Source of the DNA: a virus
Virus record (IMG/VR): IMGVR_UViG_3300036857_000203
Coordinates: 1 to 64,000 of that record
DNA length: 64,000 nucleotides
Reading direction: 5' to 3' (one strand)
The notes under the pieces: model-generated
Seen by the model: the letters and a program-made list of their open reading frames with translations, nothing else
Databases searched by the model: none
Told to the model about the DNA's origin: nothing
Shown: positions 56,306 to 64,000 of the stretch, piece by piece
How the letters are laid out: each line of letters starts with the position of its first letter
Position numbering within the stretch: the first letter of the stretch is position 1
Made by a program: the position numbers and the translations under genes

Positions 56306-56784
56306 CGCCAGCTGAGGTTCGCGAGCTGTTTGATTACGATGCCAGCACAGGTGAGCTGCGCTGGCGTGGCGGGCGTAGGGCTGGTGGCATCGCTGGCATG
56401 GTGAACAAGGCCGGATACCGGGTGGTGTGGGGCAGGGGTGGCAAGGAATCGCGGAAGATGTTCTTAGCGCACCGCTTGATCTGGCTGTGGGTTTACGGTG
56501 AATGGCCGACTAAGATCGATCACATCAGCGGCGATAAGGCGGACAACCGGCTCGCCAATCTGCGACAGGCCACAAACTCCGGTAACAGCGCTAACTCAAG
56601 ACTTCAGGCCCGGAGTAAGAGCGGCTTCAAGGGCGTGTGGCGGCACGGGCCGGGTTGGGCAGCGAGCATCCGCAAGGACAATGTGACCCGTCACTTGGGC
56701 ACCTTTCCTACACCAGAGCTGGCATACGCTGCTTACTGCAGGGCCGCTGATTCGCTTCATGGTGAGTTCGCGAGGTTCGTGTGA
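56302..56784 (+). CDS. HNH-AP2 homing endonuclease
   Basis: AHRLIW..IDHISGDKADNRLANLRQAT..SGFKGV..HLGTFPTPELAYAAY. Confidence 0.9.
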   Translation: MTPAEVRELFDYDASTGELRWRGGRRAGGIAGMVNKAGYRVVWGRGGKESRKMFLAHRLIWLWVYGEWPTKIDHISGDKADNRLANLRQATNSGNSANSRLQARSKSGFKGVWRHGPGWAASIRKDNVTRHLGTFPTPELAYAAYCRAADSLHGEFARFV

Positions 56785-57089
56785 TGGGTGGATTCGCCCC
56801 GAAGGGCCATGCAAGGCTAGACCCCAGTAAACCCAGTGCCTTTGCACTGTGCGATACATGTGGCTTCATGTATTGCCACCGCGATCTCAAGTGGAAGGTT
56901 GAATGGACCGGCAACGAGCTGCGGCGCACCGGCTTCCTCGCCTGTCCGACCTGCTGGGATCATCCCAACTACACGCTTCGCGCCAAGGCTCTTCCGCCCG
57001 ACCCAGTGCCGATCCTCAATCCGCGCGGTACGGAGCAGAAGGCGACACCGCCGGTTAATCCAGACTTCGTGCCGCCGAAGATACCGTAG
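56781..57089 (+). CDS. Conserved Zn-ribbon protein of the tail module
   Basis: ALCDTCGF..LACPTCWDHP..DPVPILNPR. Confidence 0.75.
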   Translation: MMGGFAPKGHARLDPSKPSAFALCDTCGFMYCHRDLKWKVEWTGNELRRTGFLACPTCWDHPNYTLRAKALPPDPVPILNPRGTEQKATPPVNPDFVPPKIP

Positions 57090-57098
57090 GAGACGGAT

Positions 57099-57530
57099 GT
57101 GGCGACTGGGAACAAGATATATCCGCTCTGGAAGCAGGCGTTGATGCAGGAGCTGCCCGAGGACAAATCGCTCGATCAGGGCGGCATCGATCCATTGCAG
57201 GGTGTTTATGTCTCGCTGGTCGACACCGATGCCTACGTCTATTCGGACGGGCACGAGTTCTACAGCAGCATCGTGGGCGTACAGGGCACGCCGCAGATGC
57301 TGATCGATGCCACGGTGGTGGGTCGCATCTTTGCCGGCGGCACTGTCGTCTACACCAATGTTACCGGCACCAAGGTTGGTGGGCTGGTGCTCGCCCGGCA
57401 GAACGAGGGCGCGAACACTTCTTGGCGCCTCGTGCTTTACGAGGACACCGGGATTATTGGTCTTCCGCTCGTGCCTAGTGGCGGAAACATCATGGTCGAG
57501 TGGAACGTGCAAGGTATCTTTGGACTGTGA
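57099..57530 (+). CDS. Virion structural protein
   Basis: [23 protein letters not shown]-terminus. Confidence 0.65.
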   Translation: MATGNKIYPLWKQALMQELPEDKSLDQGGIDPLQGVYVSLVDTDAYVYSDGHEFYSSIVGVQGTPQMLIDATVVGRIFAGGTVVYTNVTGTKVGGLVLARQNEGANTSWRLVLYEDTGIIGLPLVPSGGNIMVEWNVQGIFGL

Positions 57531-57534
57531 ACCT

Positions 57535-57852
57535 ATGAGCAAAGACCCGCTCGATACCCAAGGCGCCGAGCGTGAACTCTTTGAGTCGATCGCCAAGCTG
57601 GTGGTCGGCAGGCCCAACCTTGTCGTGCAGAGCGTGGGGATGAACCTCATCGTCAATGCGATCCGGCAGACAGTGGCCAAGCGCAGCGATGCCGAGGCGA
57701 TGTTCGATGAGCTGTTCGGGCGCGGCAAGAGCGTGCTGCTCGACGTGCACTATGACTCTGTGACCGGCAATCGGCGCAGCGTCTTCCCGTTCACCCAGGT
57801 GATAAAGGCGCCCTTCCACGACGAAGGCAACGTGATCTTCCATGGGAAGTGA
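57535..57852 (+). CDS. Hypothetical protein
   Basis: Coupled ORF in the late operon. Confidence 0.55.
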   Translation: MSKDPLDTQGAERELFESIAKLVVGRPNLVVQSVGMNLIVNAIRQTVAKRSDAEAMFDELFGRGKSVLLDVHYDSVTGNRRSVFPFTQVIKAPFHDEGNVIFHGK

Positions 57853-57855
57853 TGG

Positions 57856-58212
57856 ATGCAGCCAGCCAACCTTCCGCTGGAGATATATCGCGGCGACAGC
57901 CAGCGCATGCGGGTCAAGCTCTATGTACCCGGTACGCCGCCGTCGCCGGTCGATCTGACTGACGTTGTCGCCAAGGCGCAGATACGCGACCGCCCGGCCG
58001 GCGACACGATCATCAACCTGATCTGCACCATCGAGCTTCCCAACATCATCGAGATCGAGCTGACGGCCGGCGACAGCTTCAAGCTTCCGGTCGCCGGGGT
58101 CTGGGACCTGCAGCTCACGTTCTCCTCGGGCGAGGTGAAGACGCCGCTGGCCGGGCAGGTGTCGGTCACCCCAGATGTGACGGACAGCACGCCCTTCCCG
58201 CAGCCGGTGTGA
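57856..58212 (+). CDS. Fibre-attachment (BppU-N-like) protein
   Basis: [38 protein letters not shown]. Confidence 0.65.
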   Translation: MQPANLPLEIYRGDSQRMRVKLYVPGTPPSPVDLTDVVAKAQIRDRPAGDTIINLICTIELPNIIEIELTAGDSFKLPVAGVWDLQLTFSSGEVKTPLAGQVSVTPDVTDSTPFPQPV

Positions 58213-58219
58213 GGGGGCG

Positions 58220-60226
58220 ATGAACGGCAGCGTCGAGATCGTCAACCTGGAGATCACGAGCTTCCTGGTCGAGGCCGATCTCCTGCTCGTGCCCGGTCCC
58301 GAGTTCGTTGAGGTCCAGGTCGACATCGGTCCGGTCGGTCCGGTCGGCCCGGCAGGGCCTGTCGGTCCCGTGGGTCCTATGGGGGAGACGGGTCCTCCCG
58401 GCCCGGATGGTGCTCCCGGGGGTCCCGGCCCGGCCGGCGCGGATGGTGCGGTTGGTCCGCAAGGGCCGGTCGGCGCCACGGGCGCTACCGGAGCGACCGG
58501 AGCGACTGGTCCGCAGGGTGATACCGGCCCGCAAGGCCCGGTCGGCGACCAGGGTCCTGCTGGCTCGACCGGGCCGCAGGGTCCGCAAGGGGTGCCCGGT
58601 ACGCCCGGGGCAACCGGGCCACAGGGGCCGCAGGGCGATACTGGCCCCGCAGGGCCGCCGGGACCGGGCAACGTCATCAGTGTCGGCACACCGGTCGCTG
58701 GTCAGGTCGCCGAGTGGACTGACGCCACGCACATCCAGGGTGTCAGCACCTACGCCAAGCTCGCCTCACCCGCGCTGACTGGAACGCCGACCGTCCCGAC
58801 TGCGGCGCCCGGTACCAACACCACCCAGGCTGCCAGCACTGCCTACGTCACCGCCGCCGACAATGCGGTGAAGACCCAGCTCATCGGCTCTGCCAGCTCT
58901 GGCATGGACACGTTGGGCGAGATCGAGAACTACATCCTCGCCAACATCAATCCTGTGCTCGGCAACAAGGCGGACATCAATTCGCCGACCCTGACAGGAG
59001 ACCCGAAGAGCGTAACCCCCGCTACTTCAGATAACGATACCTCCATTGCCACCACAGCCTACGTCAAGTCCAACCTCGCCAACTATCAGCCGCTCGATGC
59101 TGATCTCACGGCAATCGCGGCGCTGACTGGCACCAATGTCATCTATTACAGGTCCGCCGCCAACACTTGGTCGCCGGTCACCATTGGCACCGGGCTGACG
59201 TTCAGCTCGGGTACGCTGTCGGCGCCATCTGGTGGCGGCAACGTATCCAACGTCGGCACACCTACCAACGGTCAGTGGGCGCGCTGGACCTCGGCGACGA
59301 CCATCGAAGGGGTGGCAGCAGGTTCGACCGGCTTCGTGCTGAAGACCGGCGATACTATGTCGGGGACGCTTACTGTCATCCCGACCGGCAGCACCGATGG
59401 CGTGCTTCTGAGTGGTGTCACGACGCAGGCCCGCGTCCAGGCCACCGGCGGCACCGACGTCAGTTTGTTGCACGCCAGCAAGGGTACAGGGGCGCATTAT
59501 TTCTACACCAATGGCTTCAGCAATCTGCAAGCCGTGATCATCCATCAGACAACTAGTTCTGCGTATCTGCAAATCTCGGGCGGCGACGGCGTCACTAATT
59601 TATCGATGTCTAATGGCAGTAATGTTAGGGCGACGACGCCTGCCGCTGCGTCGAATGACACGAGCATTGCAACGACGGCGTGGGTGCAGGCCGCGATCCC
59701 CAAGGGTACTTTGGTGCAGATCGCGCGGGCGGATGTGTCGAGTGCGGTGGCGACGGTGGACTTCACATCAGGGATTAATACGACCTACGATGAATATGAG
59801 ATACATTACTTTAATGTGCGGGGTAATGTAGAAAACTCACTGCTGTTTCAAATCAGCCAAGATGGTGGGGCGACCTGGAAAGCAGATGGAAACTATCAAT
59901 ATGGTGGGTTTGCAGTTGGCTCTCTCGGTTCGCCGAGTTGGCTTCAACAAACGGCTTCAACTGGTGGGATAGCGTCTTACCCAACTGTCGCGGTAACGAG
60001 TAATGGGGCAATTAATGGAACTCTCAAGATGTGGAAGCCTAATTTGAACCAATTCAATATGATTATGGTTGATGCGGTGTCACACTATTCGGCCAGTTCA
60101 TTTACTCGTATCAGTATTGCCAATGGTTATGCGGGAAATACAAACGGATTTAATGCTATTCGTTTCTTCGTTAGTGGTAGCAACATCACGCAAGGCACCT
60201 TCATCCTATACGGGATCAAGAAATGA
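58220..60226 (+). CDS. Tail fibre with collagen-like GXY repeats
   Basis: Long G-X-Y run at about 58328-58668; three TxxxxxNxTxxAxTAxV fibre repeats; AT-rich C-terminal tip. Confidence 0.88.
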   Translation: MNGSVEIVNLEITSFLVEADLLLVPGPEFVEVQVDIGPVGPVGPAGPVGPVGPMGETGPPGPDGAPGGPGPAGADGAVGPQGPVGATGATGATGATGPQGDTGPQGPVGDQGPAGSTGPQGPQGVPGTPGATGPQGPQGDTGPAGPPGPGNVISVGTPVAGQVAEWTDATHIQGVSTYAKLASPALTGTPTVPTAAPGTNTTQAASTAYVTAADNAVKTQLIGSASSGMDTLGEIENYILANINPVLGNKADINSPTLTGDPKSVTPATSDNDTSIATTAYVKSNLANYQPLDADLTAIAALTGTNVIYYRSAANTWSPVTIGTGLTFSSGTLSAPSGGGNVSNVGTPTNGQWARWTSATTIEGVAAGSTGFVLKTGDTMSGTLTVIPTGSTDGVLLSGVTTQARVQATGGTDVSLLHASKGTGAHYFYTNGFSNLQAVIIHQTTSSAYLQISGGDGVTNLSMSNGSNVRATTPAAASNDTSIATTAWVQAAIPKGTLVQIARADVSSAVATVDFTSGINTTYDEYEIHYFNVRGNVENSLLFQISQDGGATWKADGNYQYGGFAVGSLGSPSWLQQTASTGGIASYPTVAVTSNGAINGTLKMWKPNLNQFNMIMVDAVSHYSASSFTRISIANGYAGNTNGFNAIRFFVSGSNITQGTFILYGIKK

Positions 60227-60373
60227 CCGATTACAAGCTGGTTGACGGCGAGCTATTCCCGCTTTCTCCCGAAGAGCAGGCGGAATTGGACAAGCAGCGC
60301 TCTACGCCAAGGGTCGCTACTGCGCCCTGGCTGAACGGACCTACTGTGGCGCAGGCCTTCGAGGAGCACATCA

Positions 60374-60727
60374 ATGTCAAGTCTTAATCACATTGCCGCA
60401 GCGAGAGACGACACCTTCGCCGGCCGCGTGACGATGATCTCGCTCAAGGTGGCGCAGAACGTGGCGGCGGAGGATCCGGGCGCGGCCGATCATGAGGTGC
60501 GGGTGCAGTACGCCCAGCGCATCTTCCGGGGCGCGGATCAGACAAAGTTACTATCGGCTCACGTCATTGCCAGCAATCCGACCATTCAGGCGAAGATCGA
60601 TGAGGAGCCCACGCAGTACGGCGCAAATGTCGGAGACGACGAGATCGAGTTTGCGCTGTCCAGCATCTGGACCGCCAGGGCCATGGCATTCGTTGACGTT
60701 CCCGCAACGCAGGTCGGGGGCGTCTGA
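60374..60727 (+). CDS. Hypothetical (fibre-associated) protein
   Basis: DDEIEFALSSIWTARA motif; follows the fibre gene. Confidence 0.6.
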   Translation: MSSLNHIAAARDDTFAGRVTMISLKVAQNVAAEDPGAADHEVRVQYAQRIFRGADQTKLLSAHVIASNPTIQAKIDEEPTQYGANVGDDEIEFALSSIWTARAMAFVDVPATQVGGV

Positions 60728-61101
60728 TGGCTTTCACTGTCCCTCCGTATGTTTACGAGATATTCGACCACGAATATCGGCGCCCCGAATGGTTCGGTAC
60801 TCCGACGACTGTTGCCGCTGGCTGGTTCGATGCCCAGAGGACGGTAACGGCATGGTTTGATGACGAGCTGATCAATGGGGCCGAGATCGTTCCCAAGCAG
60901 CTCGCCACACTCTGGGCGCCGTTCGTTGACGACGACGATGTGATCTTCAAGATGGAGGGCGAGAATGGCGAGTCGCTGATCACGGTGATCGTGTTCCCGG
61001 CGATGTTCGATGACGAGGACCTCATCTTCAGCCCGGTCGCGATCCGCAAGCTTGAGCCGCCGGATCGTTACCTCAAGAACGAGATCATCAGGACCCGGTA
61101 G
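60727..61101 (+). CDS. Hypothetical protein
   Basis: Acidic repeated FxDDDxIF motifs. Confidence 0.5.
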   Translation: MAFTVPPYVYEIFDHEYRRPEWFGTPTTVAAGWFDAQRTVTAWFDDELINGAEIVPKQLATLWAPFVDDDDVIFKMEGENGESLITVIVFPAMFDDEDLIFSPVAIRKLEPPDRYLKNEIIRTR

Positions 61102-61120
61102 AATCAGATAGGTTCGTGCC

Positions 61121-61468
61121 ATGTATCTGGGCAGAGAGTTCTCACCGCAGGAGTTCAACGAGTCCGAAGTGTTCGGTCTCGACTTCGTCAACGATCTCGA
61201 TGACGAGGAGCAGCTGCTGTCGTCGGTGTGGACGATCAAGGTGGCGCAGGGCTCCGATCCCAATCCTAAGGTTCACTTGCAGGGTCCGCCAATGGTGGTG
61301 GTGCCGCTCGGCAGTATCTGGAAGACGGCGACCATCCAGCGCATCGGTGGGCTGTGGCCGGACGTGACCTATGTGGTACGAGCGGTGGTGATCACCGACC
61401 GGGGAAATACCCGCAGCCTGTGGACGCATATCCGTGGAGTGAGAGAGCTGCAGCTGAGCTTCGGGTGA
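61121..61468 (+). CDS. Fibre-tail adaptor-like protein
   Basis: ESEVFGLDFVNDL..SSVWTI..YVVRAVVITDRG. Confidence 0.6.
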   Translation: MYLGREFSPQEFNESEVFGLDFVNDLDDEEQLLSSVWTIKVAQGSDPNPKVHLQGPPMVVVPLGSIWKTATIQRIGGLWPDVTYVVRAVVITDRGNTRSLWTHIRGVRELQLSFG

Positions 61469-61480
61469 GGAGACCGTGCA

Positions 61481-62299
61481 GTGACATACGATGAGGTCCT
61501 GACATCTCTGATGACGCTGGGCGCGATCCCGCTCAACAGCGAGGACTCGAACTTCCTGCGTATTATCACGGCGATGTTCAACTACGCCGAGGGCAGGATA
61601 TATCGCGAGCTGTCGTTCCTGGCGACCGACACCGTCGAGAAGGTCACGCTGCCGGCGATGGAGCGCGAGGTCGAACTCCCGGATAACGTCCTCACGGTGC
61701 GCTCAATCGGCATCTATGTGCCGCCGCCGTCTACGCCGACCCCCCCGCCCGAGGGGCCGCCCACGCGCCATATCCGCAGGCATTACCCGGAACGCATCTC
61801 GCCCGAGGCGCTCGACATCTTCTGGCCGCAGCCCAACTTCAAGCCCAGTGTGCCGAAGAAGTATGCCATCAGAGCCATCCGGTTGGTGGGTACTGAGGCG
61901 CCCAATCCCGATCCGCCGGGAACGCAGCCGCTGCCGCCGATCTACATCCCGGAGCAGTTCCGGCTGATTGCCGCTTTCATGCCGTCGCCCGATCGTATCT
62001 ACATCGGCGAGGTGTACGGCGGCATTCAGCCGAGGCCGCTTTCCGACAGCAATCCCGAGACCTACCTCAGCCGCTACTATGCCGAGCTGCTCATCGCTGC
62101 TTGCATGGTGTTCCTCACCGGGTATCAGCGCGATTACGGGGCACAGTCCGATGATCCGCAGCGGGCGATGAGCTGGGAGGCACAGTATCAAACGCTGAAG
62201 GCGGGCGTCACACAGGAGACTGGCAGGCAACGCGGCGAAGGACCCGGCTTCACGGCGCTGCCGCCGGCACAGCAGGCGCAGCAGCCGAGGTCGCCCTGA
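61481..62299 (+). CDS. Head-tail adaptor / tail tubular protein A-like
   Basis: MTYDE..YAEGRIYREL..PSPDRIY..LSDSNPETYLS..ELLIAACM..WEAQYQ. Confidence 0.75.
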   Translation: MTYDEVLTSLMTLGAIPLNSEDSNFLRIITAMFNYAEGRIYRELSFLATDTVEKVTLPAMEREVELPDNVLTVRSIGIYVPPPSTPTPPPEGPPTRHIRRHYPERISPEALDIFWPQPNFKPSVPKKYAIRAIRLVGTEAPNPDPPGTQPLPPIYIPEQFRLIAAFMPSPDRIYIGEVYGGIQPRPLSDSNPETYLSRYYAELLIAACMVFLTGYQRDYGAQSDDPQRAMSWEAQYQTLKAGVTQETGRQRGEGPGFTALPPAQQAQQPRSP

Positions 62300-64000
62300 T
62301 GCCGCTGGTCAAGCCGCGCGCAGACCCTGGCTTCCTCTCGCAGGCCACCCAGGTCCAGGCCGTCGGTGGCTGGTACGCCGGCAATCTTGTGCGCTGGCGC
62401 ACGGCACTGCTGGAGAAGATGGGCGGCTGGCGCCGGCTGATCCAGCAACCGTTTCCGACCATCATCCGCAGGATGCATGCGTGGCTCGATCTCGGTAACC
62501 TGAAGAACCTTCTCATCGCCTGCGACGACGGCGTGCGTCTGCTGGTCGAGAAGACGCTGTATGTGATGGGCCGCGCCCTCACCATGCAGGGCGGCTTTAT
62601 CCCGCAGCTGGGTGCGACGGCGGACGCGACAAGATTCAGCGTTGCGCTCAACGCCACCGAGGTGACGGTCAAGACGCCCGTCCATATCGCTGCTGGCGAG
62701 ATATTCTTCGTCAGGGTGCCGATCTCGATCGGCGGGCGGATCATCCTGGCTGGCTCGTCCTTCTCGGTGAAAGCTATCACTCCTACTGGCTTTACCTTTG
62801 ACATGCCGATGCCGGCGCTGGCGGCAGAGACCGATACCTATGGCATTCCGTTGCTCACCAACGACATCGTCAATGGGTTTACCGTCACCTGGAAAGCGCA
62901 TGGATTGGGGGTTGGTTCTCAGATCAAATTGTCGCAAGCGACATCGCTCAAGGTCGGTGCCGCTGGCGTGTGGGAGAAGGTGAAGTTCTCGGCGCCCGGC
63001 GGTTCGGCTGGGATCGTTGCCAGCGTGGTCGACGCCGATCACTTCACCTTCAACATGGGGACGCTCGGCACCGGCGACGGTGCCGGCGGTGCCTCGCATC
63101 AGGTCTATGTCGGCAGCTCCATCGAGATACCGACCGCTGGCAGCGTCATCGCGACAGCTGGCTCCGTCATTGGGGTGGTTCAGCCGACCACGCCCATCAA
63201 TCCGCAAAGAGACGCATGGTTTCTGGCCAACCTCGGCGAGGACGGGCTGGCGCTGGCCTCTGGACGGCAGCTGGAGGTGTACAAACCACCGATCAGCAAC
63301 GGGCCATTCCTCACCCCCGTGGGGGCTGGCTCGCCAGCGACCGCGCCGCAGAAGAGCAGAGGCATGATCGTGGCCATGCCGCAGGCGCAGGTGATCCTGT
63401 TCGGTACCGAGGTCGGCACCAAGGCTGCCGACGGCATCACGACGCTGTTCGGGGATGGTGTGGTCGATCCGCTGCTCATCCGCTGGTCGGATGTCGGCAC
63501 CTACGACAACTATCAGCTGGGAGTGGCCACCCAGGCTGGCAGCTTCCGGCTCTCGCGCGGCTCCAAGATCGTGGGGATGCATCAGGCGCCGCAGGCCACG
63601 ATGATCCTGACCGACACTGATCTGTGGCAGATGAGCTATATCGGCCCGCCGCTGATCTACGGCTTCACCATCATGGGCAGTGGATGTGGTCTGGCAGCGC
63701 CGCATGCAATCGGCACGATCGGGCGAACGACCATCTGGAAGGGACAGAAGAACTTCTGGCGGTTCGATACCGGCGTGCAGCCGTTGCCCTGCACGGTGTG
63801 GGATTACATCTTCGAGGACCTCGATACTGTCAACCGCAACAAGTGTCACGCTGCACCCAATTCCACGACCGGCGAGCTGGGGTTCTACTTCCCGTCCAAG
63901 ACCACGATCATTGGTGTCGAAACCAACCTGTTGCTGTTCTCGCAGGACTTCACCAGAGGCTGGCTGGCGAACAACGTCGTTGTAACGAGGCTGTCGACCT
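62299..64000 (+). CDS. Tail nozzle / tail tubular protein B-like (3'-truncated)
   Basis: MPLVKPRADPG..GGWYAGNLVRWR..EKMGGW..DPLLIRWSD..QAGSFRLSRGSKIV..MSYIGPPLIYGF; runs off the window, so absent from the ORF track. Confidence 0.85.
   Translation, partial: MPLVKPRADPGFLSQATQVQAVGGWYAGNLVRWRTALLEKMGGWRRLIQQPFPTIIRRMHAWLDLGNLKNLLIACDDGVRLLVEKTLYVMGRALTMQGGFIPQLGATADATRFSVALNATEVTVKTPVHIAAGEIFFVRVPISIGGRIILAGSSFSVKAITPTGFTFDMPMPALAAETDTYGIPLLTNDIVNGFTVTWKAHGLGVGSQIKLSQATSLKVGAAGVWEKVKFSAPGGSAGIVASVVDADHFTFNMGTLGTGDGAGGASHQVYVGSSIEIPTAGSVIATAGSVIGVVQPTTPINPQRDAWFLANLGEDGLALASGRQLEVYKPPISNGPFLTPVGAGSPATAPQKSRGMIVAMPQAQVILFGTEVGTKAADGITTLFGDGVVDPLLIRWSDVGTYDNYQLGVATQAGSFRLSRGSKIVGMHQAPQATMILTDTDLWQMSYIGPPLIYGFTIMGSGCGLAAPHAIGTIGRTTIWKGQKNFWRFDTGVQPLPCTVWDYIFEDLDTVNRNKCHAAPNSTTGELGFYFPSKTTIIGVETNLLLFSQDFTRGWLANNVVVTRLST

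Noticed and set aside
58328-58668. GG-rich periodic DNA as another guide array
   Set aside because: The period is 9 nt and in frame; it encodes collagen G-X-Y.
1-64000. Integrase/att site, tRNA, reverse transcriptase/DGR, alternative genetic code
   Set aside because: No recognisable motifs by eye and genes read through normally in code 11. A formal tRNAscan/HMM search was not possible.

Overview
This GC-rich window is most of a tailed dsDNA phage genome with podovirus-like gene order, probably infecting a GC-rich (alpha)proteobacterium. It starts inside an ejection protein and ends inside the tail nozzle gene. In order it holds ejection/polyvalent proteins, lysis genes, leftward recombination/early genes, a methylase and SF2 helicase, an AAA-ATPase module, terminase, portal, scaffold, capsid, tail fibre and tail genes. 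No integrase, DNA polymerase, tRNA or canonical CRISPR array was seen. The standout is a candidate RNA-guided system: a Cas7/RAMP-like gene (24688-25506, minus strand) and a partner gene, followed by a non-coding array of GGC-NN pentamers divided into eight 59-70 nt units, plus two stand-alone units at about 15.0 and 33.6 kb. Reading only the NN dinucleotides as codon positions 1-2 (wobble skipped) gives recognisable phage protein motifs. Four units match diverged homologues of genes lying next to them in this genome. This suggests gapped-code guides aimed at rival phages. All decoding was done by hand and all functions are inferred.
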